From positions 128,001 through 192,000 of the forward strand of contig CAVZRV010000010.1 in NCBI GenBank assembly GCA_963777605.1: a stretch of DNA of 64,000 bases, given 5' to 3'. Position 1 is the first letter of the stretch. Every line of letters starts with the position of its first letter. Below the pieces are notes generated by a model. That model worked only from the letters and a program-made list of their open reading frames with translations, had not been told where the DNA came from and searched no databases. Positions 1-9,825 of this stretch are shown in pieces. A program made the position numbers and the translations under genes. The stretch is from an uncultured Acidobacteriota bacterium. GTDB lineage: Bacteria; Acidobacteriota; UBA6911; RPQK01; JAPXNP01.

Positions 1-1
1 C

Positions 2-1459
2 GCCGATCTTCCCGTTGGAGCCCCGCTGGCCGGACCCGCACATCCGCTGATCGAGCACTCCCTGTACTTCGCTCAATTCGGCGACGGCGTGGTGACGGGA
101 GCGCAGATTCAAAGTCAAATCATCCTGTACAACCTTGATTCCTCCTCCGTTGCGGCCGCCCGCATCAACTTCAGGGACGGCCAGGGGCGTTCGATGACGG
201 TACCCATCGGCGGCAGCAACGTTGCGGGCGAGACCATTCGGAACATTCCAGCCGGCGGGCTGATTTCGCTCCGTACGGACGGGGGGGCATCGCTGAAAAT
301 CGGCTCGGTGACGGTCGCTTCGGATCGTCCGCTGGCAGGCGTCATCCTTTTTGACGGCACCATCGGCGTCTGCGGCGTAGGAAGCAGCGCAGCCAACGAC
401 GGCGGCTTCGTGACGCCCATCGAGCGGGCAACATCTTCCGGCGTCAATACCGGGATCGCGGTGATGAACCTAGCGAATGCCGCGACCGATCTCGTCGCGG
501 AACTCCTGGACGAACAGGGCCGGACCCTGGCTCGTTCCAGCCTTCAGCTGGCGGCACTGGGTCAAAGAGCCCTGTACGTTAACGAGTTCGACTGGGACAC
601 GCCAGTCAATCTCGCCGACTTTTCCGGCCTGCTGCGAGTCAGTTCCTCCGGCCGGCTGGCGGCCACTGCTCTCCACAGCCGGTCCGACGAGATCGCAACT
701 CTCCCCGTGGCCCCCAACTACGTGCCGTATGTGATGAATCCGGCGCTGGCGATTCCGGCCGTTCCGGAAAGCCGGCTGCAGCGCAGCAAGCGGCTGGCGT
801 TCGCTCAGTTCGGCGACGGGGCCGGCGGCGGGTACACGTTGCAGAGCCAGATCCTGCTGGCCAACCTGGATCCCAACCGGACGGCTTCCGTGAGGCTGCA
901 GATCCGGCAAGGGAACGGCACTCCATTCACCGTGGATCTGAACGGCCAGACCGTAAACGGCACCAGCGACTTCACGGTCAGTCCCGGGGGCTTGAGCGTC
1001 CTCCGAACCGATGGCTTGGGGACCCTGAGCGCCGGGTCGGTGGTGGTCGACTCGGACCAGCTGCTCGCAGGGGTGATTCTGTTCGGGGGCACCACCGGAC
1101 TGGCCGGAGTGGGAGCGGTCGGGGAACTGCCCAACGGGTTCCTGGCCCCGATCGAAACCGAGGCCGCCCGTCAGGTCGGTTCGGGAATCGCCGTCACTAA
1201 CCTGCAGGACCAGCCCGTCGACCTTACCCTCCGCCTCCTGAGCCAGACCGGACAGGAATCGGCCCGGGCATCGGTTCGGCTCGACCCGCAGGGGCATCGG
1301 GCACTGTTCGTAAACGAGCTGACCTGGAGCCGCCCGGTGAACTTCTCCAGTTTCCTGGGACTGCTGGAAGTCACGACAAATGGCCCGATCTCGGGCACCG
1401 TGTTGCGAACCCAGCCCGGCCGGCTGGCGACGATGCCAGTGACCCCGATCGGGAATTGA
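2..1459 (+). CDS. Secreted/surface beta-rich protein with two tandem ~230-aa repeats (5'-partial)
   Basis: Frame is open from base 2 (ADLPVGAP...LYFAQFGDG). The motif set FAQFGDG...QSQI(I/L)LxNLD...LAGVILF...GIAVxNL...AT(L/M)PV occurs twice. Confidence 0.8.
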   Translation, partial: ADLPVGAPLAGPAHPLIEHSLYFAQFGDGVVTGAQIQSQIILYNLDSSSVAAARINFRDGQGRSMTVPIGGSNVAGETIRNIPAGGLISLRTDGGASLKIGSVTVASDRPLAGVILFDGTIGVCGVGSSAANDGGFVTPIERATSSGVNTGIAVMNLANAATDLVAELLDEQGRTLARSSLQLAALGQRALYVNEFDWDTPVNLADFSGLLRVSSSGRLAATALHSRSDEIATLPVAPNYVPYVMNPALAIPAVPESRLQRSKRLAFAQFGDGAGGGYTLQSQILLANLDPNRTASVRLQIRQGNGTPFTVDLNGQTVNGTSDFTVSPGGLSVLRTDGLGTLSAGSVVVDSDQLLAGVILFGGTTGLAGVGAVGELPNGFLAPIETEAARQVGSGIAVTNLQDQPVDLTLRLLSQTGQESARASVRLDPQGHRALFVNELTWSRPVNFSSFLGLLEVTTNGPISGTVLRTQPGRLATMPVTPIGN

Positions 1460-1605
1460 CGATCAGCGGCAACACCGCTCCGGCTATTTCGGAACATCGA
1501 CGGGTCCTTCGACAACAGGTCCCGGGGAAGGAGCGTGGAGGAGGAATGGAGCAGATGCTCGACCTCCAGGCCCACCCCTGATTCACTTTCCTGCCGCGCA
1601 GACTC

Positions 1606-2571
1606 CTAGCCCAGGTACCAGGTTTCGCTTACCGCCTCGGGAACGAAAAAGTCGGCAACCGGTCGAGCCAGCGCGTTGCAGGCCGATCGCAGCCGCTTCA
1701 TTCTCCGGCAGGCGACCGTGGCAAGGAATTCCTGTCTGGCGCCGGGGTCCAATCCGACGGCTTCGGCCCAGACCGCTCTTCCGGCGGCGACTCCGGAACA
1801 GCCCGATTCACAGGCCACTACCACCTGACGGAGGTAGGTTTCGTAGCCGACTCCGGCTGATAGCAGGACCCAGGGAACCGGCGAGGCTTCGGAAAGTTCT
1901 CTGCAGGCGTCGGCCCAGGCCGCCTCTTCCGGCTGCCAGGAGATGTCGGCCGGGAATTCGGCTTTCAGTACGTCCACTCCATCGATCGCCAGGTTGCGTG
2001 CCGTTTCGATAACGACCCGCCTACGCTCCTCCCCGGTCACTTTGCGCGAATCAGGATCGATGGAATAGGAGAGCGGCTCCAGCATCAGGAGCACATCGTG
2101 GCGTTTGCACTCCTCGGCAACCTGTGTCACCAGATTCACGATTCCGTCGGCGGCAGGTGATTCAGGATGATAGTACACCAGCAACTTGACGGCGTCGGCC
2201 CCAGCCCGGCGTGCCTTCTCAACGCTCCACCCTTCCAGGATTCTGCTCTCACGAGCAGAGGCCGGCCCGGTATAGCCAGTCGCTTCGACGGCTACGACCA
2301 GGCCGGTGCGCGAGGGCACTGAACCAGACCTGACGCACTGTGCCACGCCAACCTCGGGGTCGAGCAGAACTGCGCTCGCGCCCGGAGCCAGACGGGATAC
2401 CAATTCTTGTTTGAAAACGGACATTTCAACCGGCGTCACGGTTTCCGGACTCGTTGGCCGCAAAGCCTTCCGCAGATTGTTTCGATGGTCCAGAGCCAGC
2501 ACGGCCACCGCCTGACGGTCCGTAGAACAGCGCTGAAGCCCTCTCAGTTTTCCAATCGTCAGAGTTCTCAT
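1606..2571 (-). CDS. Tagatose-1,6-diphosphate aldolase-like class I aldolase (LacD/YihT family)
   Basis: LALDHR, AVLLDPE, DAVKLLVYY, DVLKAEFP, PWVLLSAGV, GVAAGRAVW motifs. Confidence 0.85.
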   Translation of the reverse strand: MRTLTIGKLRGLQRCSTDRQAVAVLALDHRNNLRKALRPTSPETVTPVEMSVFKQELVSRLAPGASAVLLDPEVGVAQCVRSGSVPSRTGLVVAVEATGYTGPASARESRILEGWSVEKARRAGADAVKLLVYYHPESPAADGIVNLVTQVAEECKRHDVLLMLEPLSYSIDPDSRKVTGEERRRVVIETARNLAIDGVDVLKAEFPADISWQPEEAAWADACRELSEASPVPWVLLSAGVGYETYLRQVVVACESGCSGVAAGRAVWAEAVGLDPGARQEFLATVACRRMKRLRSACNALARPVADFFVPEAVSETWYLG

Positions 2572-2724
2572 TCAGGTGCCTTCTTTCAAGCAGAATCCGC
2601 GACCCCGCGGATCCGGTTTCGTTTGAGGCCATGATATGGATCGGCGCAACCGAGTCAACTGCTGTACATCGCTCAAGGGAGAACCTATGATGGCCGACGG
2701 GAGACCAAGAAACGGAGTAACACC

Positions 2725-4170
2725 ATGAATCGAAGCATCTCGTGGGCCGCCGTAATCATATGCCTTCTACTTGGTTGCGCTTCCTGTGCGAGCCAGGATG
2801 AGTGGATCAGCCTCTTCGATGGCCGCACATTGGACGGCTGGCGAGTGGGCGAAAGCCCTGAATCCTTCCAGGTCGAGGACGGCGCCATAGTCTGTAACGG
2901 CCCCCGGGCCCATCTCTTCTACATGGGAGAAGACGGAAATGCCGCCTTCAAGAATTTTGAATTCGAGGCCGAGGTTCGCACGGATCCCGGTTCCAACTCG
3001 GGAATCTACATCCACACCAGCTATCAGGAATCCGGTTGGCCGACGACAGGATACGAAGCCCAGGTTCTGAACTCCAACCGCCCTGAAGAGAACCCGGATG
3101 ATGCCGAACACAAGATGACTGGAAGCCTATACGCAATCCGGAACATCTGGAAACCGGTCGTCCCGGATAACGAGTGGTTCAAGTATCGAATCCTGGTCCA
3201 GGGCAAGACGATCAGGATCTACATCAATGACCACCTGCTTGTCGATTACACCGAACCCGAGGAACCGTTCCGTCCTGCAGGAATGGAAGAAAGGCTCCTG
3301 TCCACGGGCACGTTTGCCTTACAGGCGCACGACCCGCGAAGTCGAGTTTCCTATCGAAACCTTCGGGTCCGTCCCCTGGCAGACGATCTCTCCACCCCGG
3401 GGAAACCACTCGACGACCCCGAACTCGGACGAACACTCATCGAGTACTCCGCCGCGAATATTCCCCTCGCCGACCTTCATGTTCATCTGAAGGGAGGCTT
3501 AACCGCCGAAAAAGCTCTCGAAAACGCTCGCAAATACGGATTTACTTACGGCTTTGCTGTCAACTGTGGCCTCGACATGACGATTCCCAGTGAGGCGGCG
3601 CTGAAGGATTTCCTGACCAACTATGAACGCATCCCGGAAACCTGGTTGGCCATGCAGGCTGAAGGCCGGGAATGGCTGCAAATCTTCGAACCTGTCTCCA
3701 TCGCACGGTTCGACTACGTGTTTACCGACGCCATGACCTGGACCAGCGATGAGGGCAAGCGGATGCGGCTCTGGATTCCCGACGAAGTGGAAGTCGGTGA
3801 ACCCCAGCATTTCATGGACATGCTGGTAGAACGGATTGAAGGTATTCTCAACAACGAACCGATTAATATCTATGTCAATCCGACCTACCTCCCCGAGGAG
3901 ATCTCCGCGAGGTACGACGAACTCTGGACCCCTGAGCGGATGGACCGGGTCATCAAGGCCCTGACCGCAAACGGAATCGCCCTGGAAATCAACGACGCCC
4001 GCAAGATTCCGAGTGCAACTTTCATCAAGCGTGCCAAAGCGGCCGGTGTGAAATTCACTTTCGGGACCAACAATGCGGGTAAGGACGATCTGGGCCATCT
4101 CGCCTACCCGCTCGAAATGGTGAAGGAGTGTGGCTTGCAGTCGGCCGACATCTGGCTTCCCAAGCCCTGA
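2725..4170 (+). CDS. Exported DUF1080 (3-keto-glycoside lyase/hydratase-like) domain fused to a PHP-like domain
   Basis: Signal peptide; WISLFDGRTLDGW, NSGIY, GYEAQV, GTFALQAHDP; C-terminal DLHVH and LEIN...GVKFTFG of the PHP fold. Confidence 0.8.
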   Translation: MNRSISWAAVIICLLLGCASCASQDEWISLFDGRTLDGWRVGESPESFQVEDGAIVCNGPRAHLFYMGEDGNAAFKNFEFEAEVRTDPGSNSGIYIHTSYQESGWPTTGYEAQVLNSNRPEENPDDAEHKMTGSLYAIRNIWKPVVPDNEWFKYRILVQGKTIRIYINDHLLVDYTEPEEPFRPAGMEERLLSTGTFALQAHDPRSRVSYRNLRVRPLADDLSTPGKPLDDPELGRTLIEYSAANIPLADLHVHLKGGLTAEKALENARKYGFTYGFAVNCGLDMTIPSEAALKDFLTNYERIPETWLAMQAEGREWLQIFEPVSIARFDYVFTDAMTWTSDEGKRMRLWIPDEVEVGEPQHFMDMLVERIEGILNNEPINIYVNPTYLPEEISARYDELWTPERMDRVIKALTANGIALEINDARKIPSATFIKRAKAAGVKFTFGTNNAGKDDLGHLAYPLEMVKECGLQSADIWLPKP

Positions 4171-4269
4171 TCGAACTTGTTGCGAGCCGGTCGCCGGCAG
4201 AAGAGTGCCCCCGACCGGTGACCCGCCTCACAGAAGGTTGTCCCCTGCCCGGTCGAAAATGTTCCGGAT

Positions 4270-4614
4270 ATGAACAGGAAATCGAGAGAGGGAGGTTTCA
4301 GCATCCTTTCGGTGCTGCTGGCGCTGCTCGTGATCGGACTTCTCTACGTCTGGCTTGCGGGCGGGATGCCGTCAACGGTGAATTCGGTGTCGCAGGCGCA
4401 GGTCGTCAAGAAGGCTTCCGTTGTCCTCTCCTGCCGGATGAATCTCCAGGCCGTGGACAAGGAGATTGTGACCTGGTGTGCGACCCACCCAGGCATGAAA
4501 CCCACGCTTGAGGACCTCAAGAAGTCGGGAGTCGTGATTCTCGGCTGCCCCGAAGGAGGCCAGTGGAGCATCCGGGATGGGCACGTCCGATGTTCAGTTC
4601 ACTCGACGCCGTAA
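4270..4614 (+). CDS. Type IV pilin/pseudopilin-like small protein
   Basis: Basic leader plus G|FSILSVLLALLVIGLL class III signal; C-terminal CPEGG...CSVH Cys pair. Confidence 0.6.
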   Translation: MNRKSREGGFSILSVLLALLVIGLLYVWLAGGMPSTVNSVSQAQVVKKASVVLSCRMNLQAVDKEIVTWCATHPGMKPTLEDLKKSGVVILGCPEGGQWSIRDGHVRCSVHSTP

Positions 4615-4620
4615 ACCGCT

Positions 4621-5364
4621 CTACTCAGGCTGGTCGATCAACTCGGCCTTGACGATGTAGTCCATCTCGGGAAACTGGAGGCGCAGGTACTCGTTTCCCC
4701 GGAGGCCGAGAAGGCGCGTCCGCGGCCCTTCTCCGATTGGGTAAAGCTCTCCATAGCTGGTATTGATCGCCTCCACGACGTCCATTCCGTCAACCACCTT
4801 CGCGACAGGAACAAACTCCCGGTCGAGGTCCTTGTTGTCTTGCAGGTTGATGAACAGCTGGCTGGTCCGGCTGTCCGGTCCCGACATGGCAAAGCTCAAT
4901 GTGCCTCGGAGATTCGACTGCTGGTTGCGAGGGTCGTCGTGAATCCACTGTTCCGACCAGATCCGGTTGATCTCAGGGTTCCCGTTGACTCCGAACTGGA
5001 CAATGAAGTCCTTGACAGCGCGGAAGAAGGCGTTGTCGTCATAGTAGCCGATTCGGACCAGGTTATAGATGCGGTCCGCGCCAATCGGCCCCCATGCACG
5101 GCGAACCTCGATCGTAAAGGCCCCCTTGGTCGTCTCAAATCGGGCCTGAAACGATTCAGGAGCCTCCTCACGGGCCAGCGTCGGGATGAGCAGGGCCGAA
5201 TTCCCAGTCCCGGGCCCTTCAGCCGGTGGAACGATCTCAACCGCAGGTGCTTCTGAAATCGGCCTGGAGGCCGGCTCCGGTGTACAGGCTGCCGCCCCCG
5301 CGAGGAACAGGAGGAGAAATAGCCAGCCCGGTTCGGCTTCTAACCAACGACGACGACTGTTCAT
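4621..5364 (-). CDS. Cyclophilin-type peptidyl-prolyl cis-trans isomerase, probable lipoprotein
   Basis: FETTKG, GYYDDNAFFR, FIVQFG, GTLSFA, SQLFINL, VVDGMDVV; AAAC lipobox-like; start taken as the ATG at 5364. Confidence 0.88.
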   Translation of the reverse strand: MNSRRRWLEAEPGWLFLLLFLAGAAACTPEPASRPISEAPAVEIVPPAEGPGTGNSALLIPTLAREEAPESFQARFETTKGAFTIEVRRAWGPIGADRIYNLVRIGYYDDNAFFRAVKDFIVQFGVNGNPEINRIWSEQWIHDDPRNQQSNLRGTLSFAMSGPDSRTSQLFINLQDNKDLDREFVPVAKVVDGMDVVEAINTSYGELYPIGEGPRTRLLGLRGNEYLRLQFPEMDYIVKAELIDQPE

Positions 5365-5398
5365 CGGAGTCCTCCTGGATACGGGGCGTCGATCGCAT

Positions 5399-6266
5399 TT
5401 ACTGGTAGATGCACTTCGAGTTGTCCGACTTGCGATAGTAGCTCTTGAAGTTGTTCGCGTTCTTGTCGGTGCACCCTTCCAGCGCCAGGATTTCGACCTT
5501 CCGAAACTCGATCGGATGACTTTCGCTCTGCAGCGAGATCGAACCTCCGGTGAGCATCTCCCCATCCTTCTTCACACCAGGGTCGAAGTTGTCCACGTTG
5601 CCCCCGCCGATCTGCGGCTTCTGGTAAACCAACACCGTCTCTCCATTGACAATGTGCCGGATTTCCTCATTGCCCAGGACGACCGCTTCGACGCGGACCC
5701 ATTCATCTCCCCTGAACGTCTTCGACGAGGAGGTGACACAGTGCTGGGTAATCAGCTTCCCGTCCATGACAACGTTCGTACCCGGGGTACAAAGGTTGGC
5801 GTTGGGCCGATCCCCGGTTTCGTGGCCACCCAACAACTGGACTTCAATCGAAATCGGAAAGTCCTGGTCCTTCATCATGCTTTCGGGAGACTGCCCGTGA
5901 ATCATTATTCCGCTGTTCCTGTAGGCCCACTCAGGTCCCCCGGGAGCCTGCTCGCCGACAAACCGGTATTCAACAGCTATCCGGTAGTAGGAGAAGGGCT
6001 TCTCATAAAAAATGTGGCCGAACCGGTTATTGAAGGTGTCGTAGGCACCATAAGAGACCTTCATTACGCCGTCCTCCACTCGGAACGTGTTCCCGAAGTT
6101 CTCGTCGAGTGGGTATCCCGGTAATCTTCGGATGCCAACCCTTAAGCGACTTTCCGTCGAACAGCTGGATCCACTCCTCGTCATCCGGGCCCGCCCACAG
6201 GAAAGCGGCGCAGTTGAGCAGGCACAACACGATCGCAAACGTCCCAAACAGTCTGATTGGTTTCAT
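5399..6266 (-). CDS. Exported DUF1080 domain protein, split by a +1 frameshift near 6118
   Basis: N-terminus (MKPIRLF...WIQLFDGKSLKGWHPKITG) and body (YPLDENFGNTFRVEDG...NSGIMIH...GSISLQSESHP) lie in different frames; removing one G from a GGG run joins them. Confidence 0.8.
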
Positions 6267-6285
6267 AATCACTCCATGGAAGAAG

Positions 6286-7545
6286 TCAATGGCCCGGCGT
6301 CGGGGGAGCTTCATGGGGAATTCGGGATCGGAGGTCCCCCAGCCATTCCCACAAGACACGTTGCTCAAGGTCGATCCTGGCGGTCGCCAGGGTGCCGTTT
6401 TGAGTCGTTTGTGCGACCGGTTTCCCCTCGAGATTCCATATCCCGCTGGGCGAATCGAAACTCGATGTCACGAGGTAAACCTGATTCTCAATAGCCCGGG
6501 CGGGAAACAGTGCATCGATCCCTCCCCAAATCGGCAGCAGAATGATCTCTGCCCCCTGTTCGGCAAGCCTGCGGGCTCCTTCCGGAAACTGAATATCCCA
6601 GCAGATCAGGATTCCGACCCGGCCAAAGTCGGTATCGAACACCGGGAAATCGACCCCGGGGGTCAACCCACCTTCGATCTCTTCCCTGGGAAGGCTTACC
6701 TTTCGGTAACGCCCTTCCACTTCGCCGTTCCGGCCGATCAGCACCGCCGTGTTATAAAACGTCGCCCCGTCTTTCTCGACCAACCCCGCGACAATGTAGG
6801 CATGGTTCTTTCGGGCCAGTTTCCCAAGGAAGTCGGTGCTCGGCCCGGGCACCGTCTCGGCGATTTCCAGGTAACTCTTGCCCGTTCCGACCATGGTGCT
6901 TCCCTCCGGCAGCAGGACCAAGTCGGCGCCTTCTTTTCCAGCCTTCTCAATGTACTCTCCAAATAATCGAAGGTTTTCCTCCGGACCGGACGAATTCTTC
7001 GGTCTGAAGTTCACGGCGGAAATGACAACAGGTCGGCTTGGAGTGTCTGTAACCGGCCCGAAGGTCAGGTTGCGCCACTCCACCCGCCCATTTTTGTCCC
7101 AACGGAGGTTCAGTTCCACAACCGCCGTGACCGCACCCTTTGGTGCGTGCACGACGTCGCTCAACCGGCTCCAGGTCTCTCGGGCGTCTTTCGGGAACCT
7201 CGGGTAGTCGGGATAGCCGACCCTCCTGCCTGCCTTGTCCAGCCAGTCCACCTTGACGACCACTGAACGACCAGAATGTTCGATGTCCCAAGTGCGGTAA
7301 TCGACCGTGCAACGGTAGAGTCCGTCTTCCTCGGCAGCAAACCTGTGCCTCCACGACCCATCGACACGCCGATCACCGAAACCCTGCAACCAGAAAACGT
7401 CCCGCCCCTGGTCAAATCCGCTCTCCGGTGCCAGCGCCGGCCGTTGGGAGTAGACATCCCAGCCGTCCGGAGTCTGGCCGGAAAGTACCGACACTGAAAG
7501 AAGCCCCAGCAATAGCCCAGCAACCCACCGCAGATTCACCGACAC
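6286..7545 (-). CDS. Exported carbon-nitrogen hydrolase (nitrilase superfamily) with an N-terminal beta-sandwich domain
   Basis: Catalytic triad motifs LLPEG, YRKVSL, ICWD; ARAIENQVY; signal peptide. Confidence 0.85.
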   Translation of the reverse strand: MSVNLRWVAGLLLGLLSVSVLSGQTPDGWDVYSQRPALAPESGFDQGRDVFWLQGFGDRRVDGSWRHRFAAEEDGLYRCTVDYRTWDIEHSGRSVVVKVDWLDKAGRRVGYPDYPRFPKDARETWSRLSDVVHAPKGAVTAVVELNLRWDKNGRVEWRNLTFGPVTDTPSRPVVISAVNFRPKNSSGPEENLRLFGEYIEKAGKEGADLVLLPEGSTMVGTGKSYLEIAETVPGPSTDFLGKLARKNHAYIVAGLVEKDGATFYNTAVLIGRNGEVEGRYRKVSLPREEIEGGLTPGVDFPVFDTDFGRVGILICWDIQFPEGARRLAEQGAEIILLPIWGGIDALFPARAIENQVYLVTSSFDSPSGIWNLEGKPVAQTTQNGTLATARIDLEQRVLWEWLGDLRSRIPHEAPPTPGH

Positions 7546-7712
7546 ACCCTCCCTGATTTACCGGCTCTCCTGGCACCCTGCAACCTTCACACGATCCTAA
7601 GCCGACCGGAGCCGTGGATCAAGGGATTCGTGAAAAGGAGACTTCAGAATGCAGTCACTCTGACTCACGGGCCCACATGGTAACGGAGATTGAAAGGGGG
7701 GAACGAAAACTG

Positions 7713-7739
7713 AAAAGGCCGTCCTGTCGGGCGGCCTTT
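7713..7739 (-). terminator. Rho-independent terminator of the 7769..8188 gene
   Basis: Minus strand reads AAAGGCCGCCC-GACA-GGACGGCCTTTT followed by CAGTTTT; ~30 nt downstream of the stop. Confidence 0.8.
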
Positions 7740-7768
7740 CGAGGAGTTTAAGGATGGAGTTTCGATTA

Positions 7769-8188
7769 TCAGGAGCGCTTTTGGAAAGTGCCCATCACGC
7801 GCCGTGTGTGATGCTCAACCTTGGCCAGGTCAACAGCCTTCAAAGGAACATCCCAGCCTTCGGTGTTTCCCTCGATCTCAATTCCGGAGAGATAGTGCTG
7901 GCCGGCGACGTCTTCAAACCTCAGGGCGGTGTTCTTGGCAGGGTTGAGGGTTTCGGACTGCTCTGTCACGAAGACGGCCTCATGCGTGCCATCGGCACTG
8001 CGGATGACCCATTCACTTGCTGCACTGGAGAGTTCTTCGGCCTCATACTTGCCCGCCGGGAGGACCTTCTGGTCCACCTTGAACGAAAAGGGAATATTGG
8101 TCTGGACTAGCCTGTCTGTATCTCCAGCAAAGAGCGCGAAAACCGACGTTGCGAAGATCACTGCGACAATCAACAAGTTCTTTCTCAT
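7769..8188 (-). CDS. Small secreted hypothetical protein (acidobacterial IPFxF...LPAGxY type)
   Basis: Signal peptide MRKNLLIVAVIFATSVFALFA; NIPFSFKVDQKVLPAGKY; GAGGA RBS. Confidence 0.75.
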   Translation of the reverse strand: MRKNLLIVAVIFATSVFALFAGDTDRLVQTNIPFSFKVDQKVLPAGKYEAEELSSAASEWVIRSADGTHEAVFVTEQSETLNPAKNTALRFEDVAGQHYLSGIEIEGNTEGWDVPLKAVDLAKVEHHTRRVMGTFQKRS

Positions 8189-8250
8189 TTTAGGTTCCTC
8201 CTTAATTGGAAGTTCGTTGTATTTATTAGCCCGTTCACGTCTTCCAATCA

Positions 8251-8266
8251 AGCAAGGGACGTGCCA
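8251..8266 (-). promoter_or_regulatory. Sigma-54 (-24/-12) promoter
   Basis: Minus strand TGGCACGTCCCTTGCT is a perfect match to TGGCACG-N4-TTGCW, ~60 nt upstream of the ATG at 8188. Confidence 0.8.
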
Positions 8267-8283
8267 ATCCAGAAAGAACTCGG

Positions 8284-8296
8284 TAACCCGTTGATT
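8284..8296 (-). promoter_or_regulatory. IHF binding site
   Basis: Minus strand AATCAACGGGTTA matches WATCAA-N4-TTR, just upstream of the sigma-54 promoter. Confidence 0.65.
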
Positions 8297-8428
8297 TCAA
8301 ATGCCCTGCGCACAAATCAGCAATCAAACGGCGCAGAAGAGGTGTGGCCTTTTTGAGGCCAACTTCAAAACTGCCCCACCCTTTCGGCGCTGAAACCCCG
8401 GGGTGCGGAGACACCCCTTTCGTGACAC

Positions 8429-8983
8429 CTAGTAGGGACGAATCCGGCGGAGTTCCTCGATCTGGAAGACTCCGACGTCGATCCCCTCGGCAGCCGGGTC
8501 AAGCGGATTCAAGCCGACGGGGTAGAGATATGCGTGGAGAGTCCCCAGCATGACGTCCGGATCGGTTGTGCTGATCCTGCCGTTGAGAACCACCTTGAAG
8601 GTTCCCTCGAAACCGTTCGAACCTTCGGCCGAGAGGTTCATCCAGACGAAGACGGCCCGCATGGTTCCCAGACCGGTTGTAACCCAACTCCCGTGAGCCG
8701 TAGCGTGCGGGTGGGTCAACTCATGGGAATCGTTGGCGATGACGTTTCCGTCAGCGAAAAAGGTCGGGGTCATGATCACTTCTGGAAAAGGAGACGTTTC
8801 GGGGCTTAATGGAATGGCTTTTCCATACCAGGAACCGATGCAGACCGGGCCGGCAGCCAACCCCGGCATGTACTGTGCCGACGGCTTGACATTTACGGAA
8901 ACCCGGTCACCCGCACCGAAAACTGCAATCGCCAGAACAAGAACTATCCCAACCAAGACGAGATATGAACGCTTCGACCCCAT
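8429..8983 (-). CDS. Secreted hypothetical protein, probably a lipocalin-like beta-barrel
   Basis: GGAGGTG RBS; signal peptide; IGSWYG, TFFADGNV, AHGSW beta-strand pattern. Confidence 0.65.
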   Translation of the reverse strand: MGSKRSYLVLVGIVLVLAIAVFGAGDRVSVNVKPSAQYMPGLAAGPVCIGSWYGKAIPLSPETSPFPEVIMTPTFFADGNVIANDSHELTHPHATAHGSWVTTGLGTMRAVFVWMNLSAEGSNGFEGTFKVVLNGRISTTDPDVMLGTLHAYLYPVGLNPLDPAAEGIDVGVFQIEELRRIRPY

Positions 8984-9296
8984 GACTTCACCTCCTGTCC
9001 CCAATGATGAAGGGACGGTTAAAGATACCTTCCGAATGATTTCAGGCTAACAAAAATCCTCAACTTAGCAATCCCTTAAGTTGATATTTTCAAGTCCTCC
9101 GCCTTGCCCGCTGCATTGGAGCCCCGGCTCTATTACACGGGGCTGACGGCAAAGGCAACCGTTCGTGATCCGGGAGGCGAATCACGCATTCTGCCCCTGG
9201 ACCGAGAGTTCCAGGCCAAAGTTCACGTTGAAATTCCAGCTCAAAGTTTCACCTGGCTCTCGATTGGAGATACCTTCGCCAGAGTAGAATCGGCCC

Positions 9297-9733
9297 ATGA
9301 GAAAAACACTTTTGTTCGTGGCCGTTCTGCTCTCGGTGTCGCTGGTTACCTACGGCTCAGGATGAGGCAGCGGTCCGACAGGCCGAAGCTCAATTGGGCC
9401 AAGGCGGCCGTCGCGAACGACTTCGATGCCCTGGAGTCGATTTTCGCCGACGACCTTTATTACTCGCACTCCGATTTCCACGTCGACACCAAACGTAGCT
9501 ACATCGACGCCCTGAAATCAGGCAAGTCACGCTACTACGCGGTCGATGCCGAATCCACCCGGGTGCAGGTTCTGGATGACCGGACTGCTTTGGCCATGAC
9601 GGTTGCTGTCTATGTCACCAAGGCCGCCGACGGGAGCCGCCAGACTTCCAATCTGAAAACACTTCACGTGTTTCGAAAGAACAATGGGCGCTGGCAATTG
9701 ACCGCACACCAATCCGCGCGAAAACCTGATTGA
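9297..9733 (+). CDS. Exported NTF2-like/DUF4440 protein with two apparent frameshifts (~9350, ~9386)
   Basis: Signal peptide MRKTLLFVAVLLSVSLV, then AQDEAAVRQAE, then LNWAKAAVANDFDALESIFADDLYYSHS...WQLTAHQS, each in a different frame. Confidence 0.7.
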
Positions 9734-9825
9734 CGGACGTCTGGCACCGACAGCAGGGAACACGATTCGGCGTGGTGCCCGGCTTCGCTGTTTGAGTTCT
9801 GTTTCTCACGTTCTACAATCGGTTT

